64,000 nucleotides of DNA from an uncultured delta proteobacterium (GCA_963814585.1 CAWFDF010000014.1:128001-192000); one strand, 5' to 3'; counted from the first letter of the stretch, positions 24,068-34,219 are shown. The notes: a model not told the origin generated them from the letters alone. A program made the numbers and translations.

Positions 24068-25399
24068 TCACGGTCGCCTCTGCCGAGGTGCCGCGCAGAA
24101 GCCGATCGGCCGCGTCCCGATCACCTTCAGGTTCTCCACCATCACCTCGGGCGGATCGTGCCAGTAGAAGGCGCCCGAGAGCCGGCTCGTGACGTGGGGC
24201 CAGAGGAACGGGCCGAGCATCACCGCCGCCTGGGCGGCCAGCGTCAGGCCGAGCGCCGCGCCGACCCATCGGCGCCGTGCCGGGACCTGCCAGGCCGCCG
24301 GCAGCCAGCGCGCCAGCGCCGAGAGGTAGACCACGAAGACGGGCTGGTAGAGCCGCGCGATCCAGGTGCCCCGCATCTGCCACTTCCCCGGGTAGGGCGG
24401 CGCGAGGTTGTTGAAGAGCCAGACGCCGAGGGCCGCCAGCAGCACCGCCTTCTCCCAGGTGAGCAGCCGCTGGCCGCGCCGTCGGGCCCAGCCCAGCCAG
24501 GTGGCCAGGAAGAGGGCTGGCAGGAAGAAGAAGCCGGAGGCGAGCAGGTTCTGCGCGAAGACCAGCGGGGCCCGGAGCAGCAGATGGCCCCACTCCGCCA
24601 GGTCTCCCGGTGACGCCCAGGCCCGCAGCACGGTGCCGTAGATGCTGGTGTTGGGGTTGGAGAACGGCAGCCGGTAGGCCCACCAGAGCACGCCGAGGTT
24701 GACCACCGTCGGCGCCACCGCGAGGGCCACGGCGGCGCCGAGGACCCAGCCCCGTCGGAAGCGCAGCCAGACCAGCGCCGCGGCCGCCGGGAGGAAGAAG
24801 GGCCAGAGGTCGTAGGCCAGGAAGACGAGGCCGAGCGCAAGGGACAGCACGAGCGCCTCACCAGGCCGCTCCGCCCCCTCGAGCCTCCAGAGGATGGCGC
24901 CGGCCGCCAGGCAGGCCGGCACGATGGCGGCGTAGGAGTACGGCAGCCCGATCCAGTAGTGGACCCCGGGATGGACGGCGAGCAGCAGCAGCGCCGCCAG
25001 CGCGCCCCCCTCCCCCACCCGCCGCCTGAGGAAGATGGTGAAGCCGGCCGCGGCCACCGCCGTGAGGACGAAGTTGAAGAGGATTCCGCCGTACTCGACG
25101 CCGAACGACTTCATCCACGGGTAGGCGAGCACGGGGTAGAGGATCCGGCGCAGCACCACGCTCCACTCCCAGGTGGCGCGCGGCGCCCCGTCGAGCATCA
25201 GGAAGGCCGCGACGAACTGGCCGTGATCGGTGTTGACCACGTAGCCGCATGGAGGCCAGAGCACGGCGATGGAGGAGACGATGGCATACATGGCCAGCGT
25301 CCCGGTCGCCAGCCAGCCGAACAGGACCAGGACCAGGGTGCCGAGGGACAGCCCCGCCGAGAAGCGGCTAGACCAGGGCCGTGCGGGTGAAGACGACAT
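24068..25399 (-). CDS. Polytopic membrane protein (possible GT-C); start approximate
   Basis: Multiple hydrophobic helices; coding-like ORF between the FkbM and GT2 genes. Confidence 0.6.
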   Translation of the reverse strand: MSSSPARPWSSRFSAGLSLGTLVLVLFGWLATGTLAMYAIVSSIAVLWPPCGYVVNTDHGQFVAAFLMLDGAPRATWEWSVVLRRILYPVLAYPWMKSFGVEYGGILFNFVLTAVAAAGFTIFLRRRVGEGGALAALLLLAVHPGVHYWIGLPYSYAAIVPACLAAGAILWRLEGAERPGEALVLSLALGLVFLAYDLWPFFLPAAAALVWLRFRRGWVLGAAVALAVAPTVVNLGVLWWAYRLPFSNPNTSIYGTVLRAWASPGDLAEWGHLLLRAPLVFAQNLLASGFFFLPALFLATWLGWARRRGQRLLTWEKAVLLAALGVWLFNNLAPPYPGKWQMRGTWIARLYQPVFVVYLSALARWLPAAWQVPARRRWVGAALGLTLAAQAAVMLGPFLWPHVTSRLSGAFYWHDPPEVMVENLKVIGTRPIGFCAAPRQRRP

Positions 25400-26183
25400 C
25401 GACGTATCCCCTCTGGCCTGCCGCCCGATCCAGCTCCACCGGCCCGGCGGCCCGGAGCGTCCCGTCGTGCCCGAGGACGTGGGCCCGGAACCCGCGCTCG
25501 GCGAACCAGGTCCGGAGGGTCGCCGCGGCGAAGCCCTGCGCTCGCATCGCCTCCGGAGCATACTCGACCGCCACCGCCACTCCAGGGTTGGCCTCGACCA
25601 GGCCGATCATGCCGCGGCAGACCTCCGACTCGTAGCCCTGGACGTCGATCTTGACGAAGGCGATGCGATCGAGCCCGGCCGATCGCGCGTACCCGTCGAG
25701 GGTGATCATCGGGACCGCCTGGTGGGCCGACGCCAGCCCCTCGCCCAGCTCCCTCGCCAGCACCTCGGTCAGCACCCGGTGGTCGGCGTGGTGGGCCCGG
25801 TTGATCCAGAGGACGGCATCCCCCTCGACGGCGCCCACCGCGGCGCGGACCGGGATGACCCGCCCCGCCAGCCGCGACCTCTCCACCACCTCGCCGAGCA
25901 TCGCGAAGTTGAGCCGCTCGGGCTCGAACGCGTGGACCTGGCGCCCGGCGTCCACCGCCGCCGAGAAGACCGCCGCGGTGTAGCCGACGTTGGCGCCGAC
26001 ATCGAGCACGTGGCCCCCGCGGAAGAGCCCGGGGTGGCGCCTGACCAGGGCCGCGAAGGGGTCCTCGAGCCAGCGCTTGTAGAGGAAGTAGCTGCCGACG
26101 AAGACCCGCCGTCCCAGCGCCGAGTCGAGCACGCGTGGGCCCACCGCCTGGTACACGCCGAGGAGGATCCTCTGGAGGCGCAC
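25368..26183 (-). CDS. FkbM-family methyltransferase
   Basis: VLDVGANVG, VHAFEP, ITLD, FVKIDVQGYE. Confidence 0.9.
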   Translation of the reverse strand: MRLQRILLGVYQAVGPRVLDSALGRRVFVGSYFLYKRWLEDPFAALVRRHPGLFRGGHVLDVGANVGYTAAVFSAAVDAGRQVHAFEPERLNFAMLGEVVERSRLAGRVIPVRAAVGAVEGDAVLWINRAHHADHRVLTEVLARELGEGLASAHQAVPMITLDGYARSAGLDRIAFVKIDVQGYESEVCRGMIGLVEANPGVAVAVEYAPEAMRAQGFAAATLRTWFAERGFRAHVLGHDGTLRAAGPVELDRAAGQRGYVDVVFTRTALV

Positions 26184-26191
26184 GGGACCCT

Positions 26192-27667
26192 CTACCTCAG
26201 CTTCAGCTTCACGAGCGCGAGGGCGCTCATCTTGAGCAGCAGCAGGCCGTGGCGGAAGCGCTCGATCTTCACCTCGCCGTAGGTCCGCTCGCGGTACCGG
26301 ACCGGCACCTCGACGATGCGCAGGTTCTGCTTGGTGGCGCCGAAGAGCAGGTCGAAGTCGCCGAACGGGTCGAAGTCGCCGAAGAAGGCCCGGCCGGCCA
26401 CGATCTTCTGGTAGTCGGCCTTGAAGAGCACCTTGGTCCCGCAGAGCGTGTCGCGCAGCCGCTGGCCGCAGAGCCAGGTGAAGAGCGCGCCGAAGAACCG
26501 GTTGGCGAGCTTGTTGAGGAACCGCATGGCGTCCTTCTCCATGGGGTAGACCAGCCGGGTCCCGTTGATGAACTCGCCCCGCCCCTCCACCAGGGCCCGG
26601 AGGAACTTGGGGAGGTCCTCGGGCGGCACCGTCAGGTCCGAGTCGAGGATCATCAGCACCTCGCCGGTCGCCGCCGCGAAGCCCTTGCGGACCGCGTCAC
26701 CCTTGCCGAGCCTCAGCATCCTGCCGTGCCCGGCGCCGTCCGCCGAGCCGGGCGGCACCTGGTGGAGCAGCTTGACGTCGCGGCGGCCCCGGAACTCCTC
26801 GATGACCCGCTCGATCTCCTCGACGGTGCCGTCGCTGGAGTTGCCGTCGACGAAGAGCAGCTCGGTGTGCGAGCCCATCTCGGGCGTCCGCTCCACCGCG
26901 GCCCGGATGTTGCCGCGCTCGTTGCGGGTCGGGATGATGACGCTCACCGTCGGCTCGAGCGCCGGCGCCGGGGGATTGGCCTTGGGGCGGGCCACCAGGT
27001 AGACGCCCAGGCAGAGCCGGCGGACCAGCGGCAGCGTGGCCACGAAGCGGTTGAGGAAGGTGGAGAGGAGCGGCACCTCCCTGGGGAAGAGGAGCCGCTG
27101 GCCGCGGGTGACGATCTCGAACCCGTTCAGCTCCAGCAGCCTGGCGATGTCCTCCAGGGTGAGCCAGTTCTGGTGATCCTGCGGCGTCTTCAGGCCGAGA
27201 GCCTCCCCGAGCCGCAGCACGGGCTCCCAGAGCGGGTTGAAGTAGGTGATGACCAGGCGTGACCGCGAGGTGGTCACCCGCCGCAACGAACGGAAGGCGG
27301 CCCAGATGTCGGTCAGCTCGCCGATCAGGTCGGAGGCCACCACGTAGTCGAAGGTCTCCGCCGTCTCGAGCGCCTCGGCGTCGTCGACGCGGAACTCGAG
27401 GCCGGGGTGGCTCGCCGCCGGGAAGCGCTGGCGCGCGACGCGCACCATCTCCGCCGAGAAGTCCACGCCCAGGCCGCGCGCCGGCTGCAGCGCCGCCAGC
27501 AGGTCGCCGGTGCCACAGCCGACCTCGAGGACCGACGCGCCCGGGGGCACGATGAACGAGACCATCGCCTTGAGGTCGTCGTGGTAGTAGCGGTTCCGGG
27601 CGATCCAGCGCGGCCGATCGGCGGCCAGGTGATCGAAGTGGGCCCGCTTCTCCGCCTTGGTCCTCAC
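26192..27667 (-). CDS. Methyltransferase + GT2 glycosyltransferase fusion
   Basis: N-terminal VLEVGCGTG; C-terminal VIIPTRNE, DGNSSDGT, GKGDAV, ILDSD, DTLCGTK. Confidence 0.88.
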   Translation of the reverse strand: MRTKAEKRAHFDHLAADRPRWIARNRYYHDDLKAMVSFIVPPGASVLEVGCGTGDLLAALQPARGLGVDFSAEMVRVARQRFPAASHPGLEFRVDDAEALETAETFDYVVASDLIGELTDIWAAFRSLRRVTTSRSRLVITYFNPLWEPVLRLGEALGLKTPQDHQNWLTLEDIARLLELNGFEIVTRGQRLLFPREVPLLSTFLNRFVATLPLVRRLCLGVYLVARPKANPPAPALEPTVSVIIPTRNERGNIRAAVERTPEMGSHTELLFVDGNSSDGTVEEIERVIEEFRGRRDVKLLHQVPPGSADGAGHGRMLRLGKGDAVRKGFAAATGEVLMILDSDLTVPPEDLPKFLRALVEGRGEFINGTRLVYPMEKDAMRFLNKLANRFFGALFTWLCGQRLRDTLCGTKVLFKADYQKIVAGRAFFGDFDPFGDFDLLFGATKQNLRIVEVPVRYRERTYGEVKIERFRHGLLLLKMSALALVKLKLR

Positions 27668-28386
27668 CGCGCCTCCTCGCCGCGGACGTGGACGTAGGTC
27701 CAGGTCACTCTCGGCATGACCAGGCCTGCCAGCCGCTCGGCCCCGTCGACGGCGCGGCGCAGCCAGGCGTGACGGGCCCCACCGCCGTGGCCGAGGCGAG
27801 GATGGAAGACCAGCCGGTGGAGCGGCAGCGGCTGGTGGTAGGTCAAGGTGCACCGGGCGAAGTGACGCCCGACCAGGCGCCGGAGGAAGGCCGGCGAGGA
27901 GCGGAGCTCGCCGCGCTCGGCCGGCTGGAGGACGGCCTGGGCCAGGATCAGCGGGTTGTAGCGGCAGGGCTCGAGGACGTCGAGCCGCCCGCCCGGGGCC
28001 AGCACCCGGCGGCACTCCGCCAGCAGCCCCTCGGCGTCCGGGACGTGGTGGATGACGTCGCGCACCAGGACCTGGTCGAAGCGGCCCCCGGTGAAGGGGA
28101 GCGCCGTGGCCGAGCCGGCGACGACGTGGGCCCGGACCTGGCTGCGAGCGAAGGCCAGCTTGGCCGGGAAGACGTCCACGCCGACGGCCCCGGCCGGATC
28201 GCCCAGATGCCGGAGCGTGGCCCCCTCGCCGCAGCCGAGATCGAGCACGAGGCGACCCAGCGGGAGGAACGCGGCGCTCACCAGCGCCCGCTCGGCGTCG
28301 GCCACCACCAGGGCCTCGGTCTGCCACCGGAAGTGCTCGGGTGCGGCCGCACCGAAGGCATCGACCAGGTGGCAATCCGTCATCAT
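27664..28386 (-). CDS. Class I SAM-dependent methyltransferase
   Basis: VLDLGCGEG, ATALPF, RRVLAPGG. Confidence 0.85.
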   Translation of the reverse strand: MMTDCHLVDAFGAAAPEHFRWQTEALVVADAERALVSAAFLPLGRLVLDLGCGEGATLRHLGDPAGAVGVDVFPAKLAFARSQVRAHVVAGSATALPFTGGRFDQVLVRDVIHHVPDAEGLLAECRRVLAPGGRLDVLEPCRYNPLILAQAVLQPAERGELRSSPAFLRRLVGRHFARCTLTYHQPLPLHRLVFHPRLGHGGGARHAWLRRAVDGAERLAGLVMPRVTWTYVHVRGEEAR

Positions 28387-28397
28387 GGCGGGGTTCG

Positions 28398-28426
28398 CGA
28401 ATACGATGCCCCCCCGGGGGTGTCAA
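28398..28426 (-). promoter_or_regulatory. Putative sigma70 promoter of the methyltransferase/GT operon
   Basis: TTGACA-N17-TATTCG, about 11 nt upstream of the ATG. Confidence 0.5.
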
Positions 28427-28515
28427 GGCGCTCGCCGGCCCTCCACCGGCCTGGAAGCGAGACGCGCCGGCCCTCTCGGACCGGCGCGCCGGTGCGGCGT
28501 GCCTGGGGCCGAGGC

Positions 28516-29226
28516 CTAGACCTTCGGCTTGGAGCGCTCGCGGACCGCCTGCTTCTGCTTGGCGCGGGGCTGCCCCTTCGCCGCGGTGCCCACGAAGAGC
28601 AGGCCGTCGGCGTGGCCCGGCACGGCGCCGGTCACCAGCAGGAGGTTCCTGTCCGGCTCGATCCCCTCGACGAAGAGGTTCTGGACGGTCTGGACGTCGA
28701 CGCCGTAGTGGCCGGGGAGGTGCTTGCCCTTCCACACCTTGCCGGGCGTCTTGCGCTGGCCGATGGCGCCCGGGTGACGGTGGTGCTCGTGCGCCGTGGA
28801 GCTGTCGCGGGCGGCGCCCTTCATCCCCCAGCGCTTGAACACGCCGGCGAAGCCGCGTCCCTTGGTGACGCCGGTGACGTCGACCCGCTGGTTCAGCTTG
28901 AAGACCTTGTCGACGGTGAGGACGTCGCCGGCCTTCAGATCGCCGAGCAGCGCGGCGTCCTTGACCCGGACCTCCTGGAGGTGGCGGAACAGGCCGGTGC
29001 CGGCCTTCTTGAAGACGCCGATCTCCCCCTTGGAGAGCCGGTGGGCGTGCTTCTCGTCGACGGCACCGAAGCCGAGGACGACGGCGTCGTAGCCGTCCTT
29101 CTCCCTGGACTTGCGCCGGATGACCGTGCAGGGACCAACCTCGAGGACCGTGACCGCCTTGCAGTCGCCCTCGTCGGTGAAGATCTGCGTCATCCCCACC
29201 TTCTTCGCCAAGAGTCCAGTCGCCAT
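28516..29226 (-). CDS. rplC: 50S ribosomal protein L3, stand-alone copy
   Basis: KKVGMTQIF, DGYDAV, VDVTGVTKGRGFAG, PGAIG, TPGKVWKG, GHYG, GAVPG. Confidence 0.95.
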   Translation of the reverse strand: MATGLLAKKVGMTQIFTDEGDCKAVTVLEVGPCTVIRRKSREKDGYDAVVLGFGAVDEKHAHRLSKGEIGVFKKAGTGLFRHLQEVRVKDAALLGDLKAGDVLTVDKVFKLNQRVDVTGVTKGRGFAGVFKRWGMKGAARDSSTAHEHHRHPGAIGQRKTPGKVWKGKHLPGHYGVDVQTVQNLFVEGIEPDRNLLLVTGAVPGHADGLLFVGTAAKGQPRAKQKQAVRERSKPKV

Positions 29227-29297
29227 GTGCATGACCTCGCATTGGTCCGCCGTGCGTCGCCATCGACCACGGAGGACGTGCCGTTGTGAGGGCGCGG

Positions 29298-29326
29298 GTT
29301 CTACGGGTTCCGCAAGTACCTGTCAA
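29298..29326 (-). promoter_or_regulatory. Putative sigma70 promoter of rplC
   Basis: TTGACA-N17-TAGAAC. Confidence 0.6.
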
Positions 29327-30006
29327 GTGGCCGGAAACACGAGGAGGTACCCGTCTCCGTCGGCGGTCAGGGCTCCGCCGTGCGCCTCGGCCACCCGCCT
29401 CGCCACGGGCAGCGCCAGCGCCCGTCCGCCCGGGTCCGAGGGCGCCCCCTTGACCGGGTCTTCCAGGCGCTCCACCGGCGCCCCCCTGATCGCCAGCCGG
29501 ACCATCCCGTCCGAGACCCCAGCGACCATCCGGACCACCGTGCCCCCTCGCCCGGCCACCGCCACCACCCCCTCGATCGCCCGCTCGAGGAGCGCGCGAT
29601 CGCCCCGCCCTTCCAGTCCGGGCGGCACCTGGATCTCCGGGCCCGGCGCCAGCTCGAGCCGACGAGCCACCGCCGCGAGCAACCCCTCGACGCTCACCGG
29701 CCCGGGCCGGAGCGGATAGCCGCCGGCATCGAGCCGCTCGCAGAGCAGGTGGTCTTCCAGGAGCACCTGCAGCCGTCCCAGGGCCCGGGCGGCCAGCCCG
29801 GCCAGCTTGAGCCCACGCTCGCCCGCACGCTCCTCCGGCGCGAGACGGCTCAGCAGCTCGGCGCTCCAGAGGGCGGTGGACATGGGGTTTCGGAGCTCAT
29901 GGGCCACGAAGCCGAGGTGGCCGGCCCGGTCGACGCCACCATCCCCGGCCGTGCGCTTCGACCTCACCTCGGCGGCTGGAGCGGCTGGCTTTCGTTCCTC
30001 GGACAC
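29323..30006 (-). CDS. HisKA-domain protein with degenerate ATPase domain
   Basis: H-box VAHELRNP; N-box lacks Asn (LERAIEG); G2 box reads GRALALPVARRVAEAHGG. Confidence 0.7.
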   Translation of the reverse strand: MSEERKPAAPAAEVRSKRTAGDGGVDRAGHLGFVAHELRNPMSTALWSAELLSRLAPEERAGERGLKLAGLAARALGRLQVLLEDHLLCERLDAGGYPLRPGPVSVEGLLAAVARRLELAPGPEIQVPPGLEGRGDRALLERAIEGVVAVAGRGGTVVRMVAGVSDGMVRLAIRGAPVERLEDPVKGAPSDPGGRALALPVARRVAEAHGGALTADGDGYLLVFPAT

Positions 30007-30358
30007 CGAACCTCCGGAATGGCGCTGGAAGTCTAGCCTTTTTGCGGCCGGGCGATCGCCTTCGCCTGGCTGGACGACCGGCCGCAGGGTTCGCCAGGTG
30101 GGTCGGCGAGCCCCATGGGCCCCCGATATGTCAGCCCTCCCCGGGCTGGCGACGGGCGTCGGACGGACCCTCCCCCAGGCGCCGTCTCCTCGGGCCCTCG
30201 CTGCATCCCATCGGGGTTGCGAACGATTTCGCTGCCCCCTTGGAATGCCCCTCGCAGGTGACCGCTCCGAGGCGGCCGTTCCGCAAGTGCTCCTCCTGGG
30301 GCATGGCCCTTGCTCAGCCCTCCATGGCCCAGGTGGCGGGGCGCGTCCGGGAGAGTCG

Positions 30359-31213
30359 ATGAGGAGCAGGGACCAGCAGGCCGATCGCACGCCGCTCGAC
30401 GCCTACCTCGCCGAGATCAGGCGCATCCCCCTCCTCACCATCGACGAGGAGCGCCAGCTGGCCCGGCGCTTCCGCGATGGCGACGCCCGGGCCGGGCATC
30501 GGCTGGTGGAGGCCAACCTTCGTTTCGTGGTCAAGGTCGCCTTCGAGTACCGCGCCTACGGCCTGCGCATGCCCGACCTCATCCAGGAAGGGAACATCGG
30601 GCTGCTGCGAGCGGTGGAGAAGTTCGACCCGGACCGGCAGATCCGGCTCATCTCCTATGCCGTCTGGTGGATCCGGGCCTACGTCCAGAACCACATCCTC
30701 CGCTCCTGGTCGCTGGTGAGGCTCGGGACCACCCAGGCGCAGCGCAAGCTCTTCTTCTCGCTGGCGCGCACCCGCCACGAGCTGGAGCGGGCCAGCGACG
30801 AGCCGAGCGACAGCGGCCAGATCGCCCGCTCGCTCTCGGTCAAGCCTTCCGAGGTGGAGGAGATGTCGATCCGGCTCGAGGGCCGGGACCAGTCGCTCGA
30901 TCGGCCCGTCGGCGACGAGGGCGCCTCCACCCTGGGAAGCTGGCTCGCCGCCGACGCCCCTTCGGCCCACGAGGAGCTGGCCACCGCCGAGCTGCGGCAG
31001 CGGGTCGGGGCCGGCGTGCAGGCGGCGCTGGCCCGGCTGGGCGAGCGGGAGCGCTTCATCGTCGAGCAGCGGATGATCGCCGAGCCGCCCATGTCGCTGC
31101 GCGAGCTGGGACAGCACTTCGGCTTCTCGCGCGAGCGGGCCCGCCAGCTGGAGCTGCGGGCCACCGAGAGGTTGCGGATGGAGCTGGCCGAGCTGGCGGC
31201 CGAGGCCGCCTGA
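30359..31213 (+). CDS. RpoH/sigma32-family RNA polymerase sigma factor
   Basis: LVEANLRFVV, DLIQEGNIGL, SYAVWWIRA, RpoH box TTQAQRKLFF, region 4 SRERARQLE. Confidence 0.92.
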   Translation: MRSRDQQADRTPLDAYLAEIRRIPLLTIDEERQLARRFRDGDARAGHRLVEANLRFVVKVAFEYRAYGLRMPDLIQEGNIGLLRAVEKFDPDRQIRLISYAVWWIRAYVQNHILRSWSLVRLGTTQAQRKLFFSLARTRHELERASDEPSDSGQIARSLSVKPSEVEEMSIRLEGRDQSLDRPVGDEGASTLGSWLAADAPSAHEELATAELRQRVGAGVQAALARLGERERFIVEQRMIAEPPMSLRELGQHFGFSRERARQLELRATERLRMELAELAAEAA

Positions 31214-31220
31214 CGCCGGC

Positions 31221-32621
31221 CTACTCCATCCCGTGCTTCTTGAGGCGGTAGCGGAGCGTGTCGCGAGACACGCCGAGCAGCCGCGCCGCCTTCGACTGGT
31301 TCCCTCCGGCGCGCTCCATGGCCTCGGCGATGAGCCGCCGCTCCACGTCGTCCAGCACCAGCCCCTGCTCCTCCACCACCGGCACCAGCCGCCGGGGCCT
31401 GGGCGACGCCACCTGGCGCAGCTCCGGCGTCAGGTGCTCCGGGCGGATCTCGTCGGCGCCGGCGTGGAGGATGAAGGCGCGCTCGATGACGTTTCGCAGC
31501 TCGCGCACGTTGCCGGGCCAGTGGTAGGCCCGCAGCTGCTCCATGGCCGGGGGCGAGACCCCCAGCACCTGCCGCTTCTGCTCCTGGTTGAAGCGGGCGA
31601 TGAAGTGGGCGGCCAGCGCCGGCACGTCGTCGAGGTGCTCGCGAAGCGAGGGGACCACGACCCGCACCACGTTGAGCCGGAAGAAGAGGTCGGCGCGGAA
31701 CCGGCCCTCGCTCACCCGCTCCTCGAGGTTGACGTTGGTGGCGGCGATGACGCGGATGTTGGCGCGCAGCTCGGTGACGCCGCCGACCCGGCGGAAGGTC
31801 TTGTTCTCCAGCAGCCGCAGCAGCTTGGCCTGGCCGCCGGGCGGGAGGTCGCCGATCTCGTCGAGCATGACCGCGCCGCCCTCGGCGGTCTCGAAGAGGC
31901 CGCGCTTCTGGGTGTGGGCGTCGGTGAAGGCCCCGCGCTCGTGGCCGAACAGCTCGCTCTCCAGCAGGTGCTCGGGCAGCGCCGCGCAGTTGACCTGCAG
32001 GATGGGCCGGTCGCGCCGCGCGCTCTCGAGGTGGATGGCGCGGGCCACCACCTCCTTGCCGGCGCCGCTCTCGCCCTCGATCAGCACGGTGGTGGTGTCG
32101 GAGCCGGCCAGGCGGCCGATCACCGTGCGCAGCTGCTCCATGGCCGCCGAGCCACCCACGATGGCCTCCAGCGGGCTGGGCCGGCCTCGATCGGCGGAGA
32201 GGACGGCGATCTGGCGGCGGGTGCGCGAGGTGGAGAGGGCGCGGGCCACGGCGGCGTCGAGCGCGGTGAGCGGAAACGGCTTCACCAGGAAGTCGACGGC
32301 CCCGTGCTTCATGGCCTCCACGGCCACGTCCACCGTGCTGTGAGCCGACATCATCAGCACCGCCAGCTCCGGGTGGAGCCCGAGCGCCTGGCGCAGGGTC
32401 TCCACGCCGTCGATCCCCGGGAGCTTCACGTCGAGCAGCATGACGTCGGGAGGGCTGGCGGCGATGAGCTCCAGGGCCTGCTCCCCCGACTCGGCGGCGA
32501 GCACCTGGTAGCCGTCGCGCTGCAGCCGCTCCGAGATCGACCAGCGGATCAGCTTCTCGTCGTCGACGACGAGGATCCGGGCGGGGGCCGGGGCGGGGGT
32601 CGGGATGGGCGTCGGGTTCAT
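31221..32621 (-). CDS. NtrC-family sigma54-dependent response regulator (REC-AAA+-Fis HTH)
   Basis: ILVVDDE, GESGAGKE, ESELFGHERGAFTDA, LDEIG, WPGNVRELRN, GGNQSKAARLLG. Confidence 0.95.
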   Translation of the reverse strand: MNPTPIPTPAPAPARILVVDDEKLIRWSISERLQRDGYQVLAAESGEQALELIAASPPDVMLLDVKLPGIDGVETLRQALGLHPELAVLMMSAHSTVDVAVEAMKHGAVDFLVKPFPLTALDAAVARALSTSRTRRQIAVLSADRGRPSPLEAIVGGSAAMEQLRTVIGRLAGSDTTTVLIEGESGAGKEVVARAIHLESARRDRPILQVNCAALPEHLLESELFGHERGAFTDAHTQKRGLFETAEGGAVMLDEIGDLPPGGQAKLLRLLENKTFRRVGGVTELRANIRVIAATNVNLEERVSEGRFRADLFFRLNVVRVVVPSLREHLDDVPALAAHFIARFNQEQKRQVLGVSPPAMEQLRAYHWPGNVRELRNVIERAFILHAGADEIRPEHLTPELRQVASPRPRRLVPVVEEQGLVLDDVERRLIAEAMERAGGNQSKAARLLGVSRDTLRYRLKKHGME

Positions 32622-34123
32622 GGGGCCTGGTCGGCGCCAGCGGGTGCCTGGGCTTCCTTGAGCGTCACGGAGAAGATGGTACCGCCCTCCGGAGGGCACC
32701 TATACCCGATGTGCCCGCCATGTTCCGCAATGATCCGCGCCGAGATGGCCAGGCCCAGGCCGTTCCCCTCCCGCTTGGTGGTGAAGAAGGGCTTGAAGAG
32801 CTCCTCGCGCAGGTCGGGCGAGATGCCCGGCCCGGTGTCGGCGACGTCCACGATCACCAGGCCGGCCTCCCCGGCCCGTGAGCTGATCCGGAGCGAGCCC
32901 GGGCTCCCGGCCATCGCCTGCACGGCGTTGAGGCAGAGGTTGAGGAAGACCTGCTCGAGCTGGGCGGGATCGGCCAGGACCGGCGGCAGCGCCGGACCCA
33001 GCCTCGCCTCCACCTCCACCTGCGTGCCGCGGCTCTGCTGCCGGATGAGGAAGAGCACCTTCTCCAGCGTGGCGTTCACGTCGGTGGAGCGGAGCCGGGC
33101 CTTGGGCGGCCGGGCGAAGGAGAGCAGGCTCTCCATGGTGTTGGTGAGCCGCTGCACCTGGTGTCGCATCTCGCCCACCACCTCGGCGTGGCGCGGGTGG
33201 CTGGCCAGGTCCTCGGCCAGCAACTCCAGCGCGCCGGAGAGCCCGGCCAGCGGGTTCTTGATCTCGTGGGCCAGGCCGGTGGCCACCTCGCCGACCGCGG
33301 CGAAGCGGTCGGCGCGGGCCATCCGCTCCAGGTAGAAGGCCTCCAGCTCGGCCTGGCTGCGGCGCAGCGCCGCCAGCGTGGCGTCGAAGCCACGCGCCGC
33401 CACGCCCAGCTCGTCGGTCCGCCCCTCGTCGGCCACCACCGTCAGCTCGCCGGCCTCGGCCCGCCGCATGGCGGCCACCAGCCGCTGGAGCGGCCCGATG
33501 GCCTGCTGCCCCAGCAGCCAGAGCGCGATGCCGAGCAGGGCCACCAGCGCCCCGCCGGCCGAGAGCGCCAGGGTCCCGGCCAGCGCCTGCTTGGCCTCCC
33601 GCACCGGGACGGTGGAGAAGCGGAGCTCCAGCCAGCCCCGCATCGGCGCCGAGCCCTCGTGGCACCGGAAGCAGGCGGGGACGCTGACGATGGGCCGGAT
33701 CACCGCGTACTGGCCCTGGACGCCTCCCGGCTCGGTCACCACCGTGGTGTCGGCGAAGCGGTCCGGCTGCCCCCACGGGCGGGCGCCGACGTAGTCGAGG
33801 TCGGACGAGATGGAGACCTGGCCGCTCGGGGCGATCAGCGAGGCGGACACCAGGTCGCTGCGGTGGGCCAGCAGGGACTCGAGCAGCTGCGGCACGGCCT
33901 GCGGCTGGCCCGAGAGCATCACGTTGGAGACCCCGGTGGCCACCATGTGGGCGAAGATCTCGCCGCGTTCCTGCCGCCCACGCTCCAGCCCGGAGCCGTA
34001 CAGCTGGACGGCGCCGACCACCATGGCCGCCAGCGTCAGGCCGAAGAGGACGGCGGTGGGGATCAGGATGCGGGCGCGAAGGCTGGCGTCGAGCCGGCGG
34101 TAGATCGATCTCAGGAATGGCAT
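32618..34123 (-). CDS. Membrane sensor histidine kinase with periplasmic CxxCH heme motif and HAMP domain (start 34123 or 34156)
   Basis: TM, PACFRCH, TM, HAMP (DELG), AHEIKNPL, NLCLNA, DTGPG, PFFTTK, GNGLGL. Confidence 0.92.
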   Translation of the reverse strand: MPFLRSIYRRLDASLRARILIPTAVLFGLTLAAMVVGAVQLYGSGLERGRQERGEIFAHMVATGVSNVMLSGQPQAVPQLLESLLAHRSDLVSASLIAPSGQVSISSDLDYVGARPWGQPDRFADTTVVTEPGGVQGQYAVIRPIVSVPACFRCHEGSAPMRGWLELRFSTVPVREAKQALAGTLALSAGGALVALLGIALWLLGQQAIGPLQRLVAAMRRAEAGELTVVADEGRTDELGVAARGFDATLAALRRSQAELEAFYLERMARADRFAAVGEVATGLAHEIKNPLAGLSGALELLAEDLASHPRHAEVVGEMRHQVQRLTNTMESLLSFARPPKARLRSTDVNATLEKVLFLIRQQSRGTQVEVEARLGPALPPVLADPAQLEQVFLNLCLNAVQAMAGSPGSLRISSRAGEAGLVIVDVADTGPGISPDLREELFKPFFTTKREGNGLGLAISARIIAEHGGHIGYRCPPEGGTIFSVTLKEAQAPAGADQAP

Positions 34124-34219
34124 CCGGGAAGCTGATCGGCTCGGGCGAACCGCCATCTTCTCAGAGACACCCTCCCGGGGGAAGCCCGTGACCGGGAACG
34201 CCAGATTCCACCAGACGAG

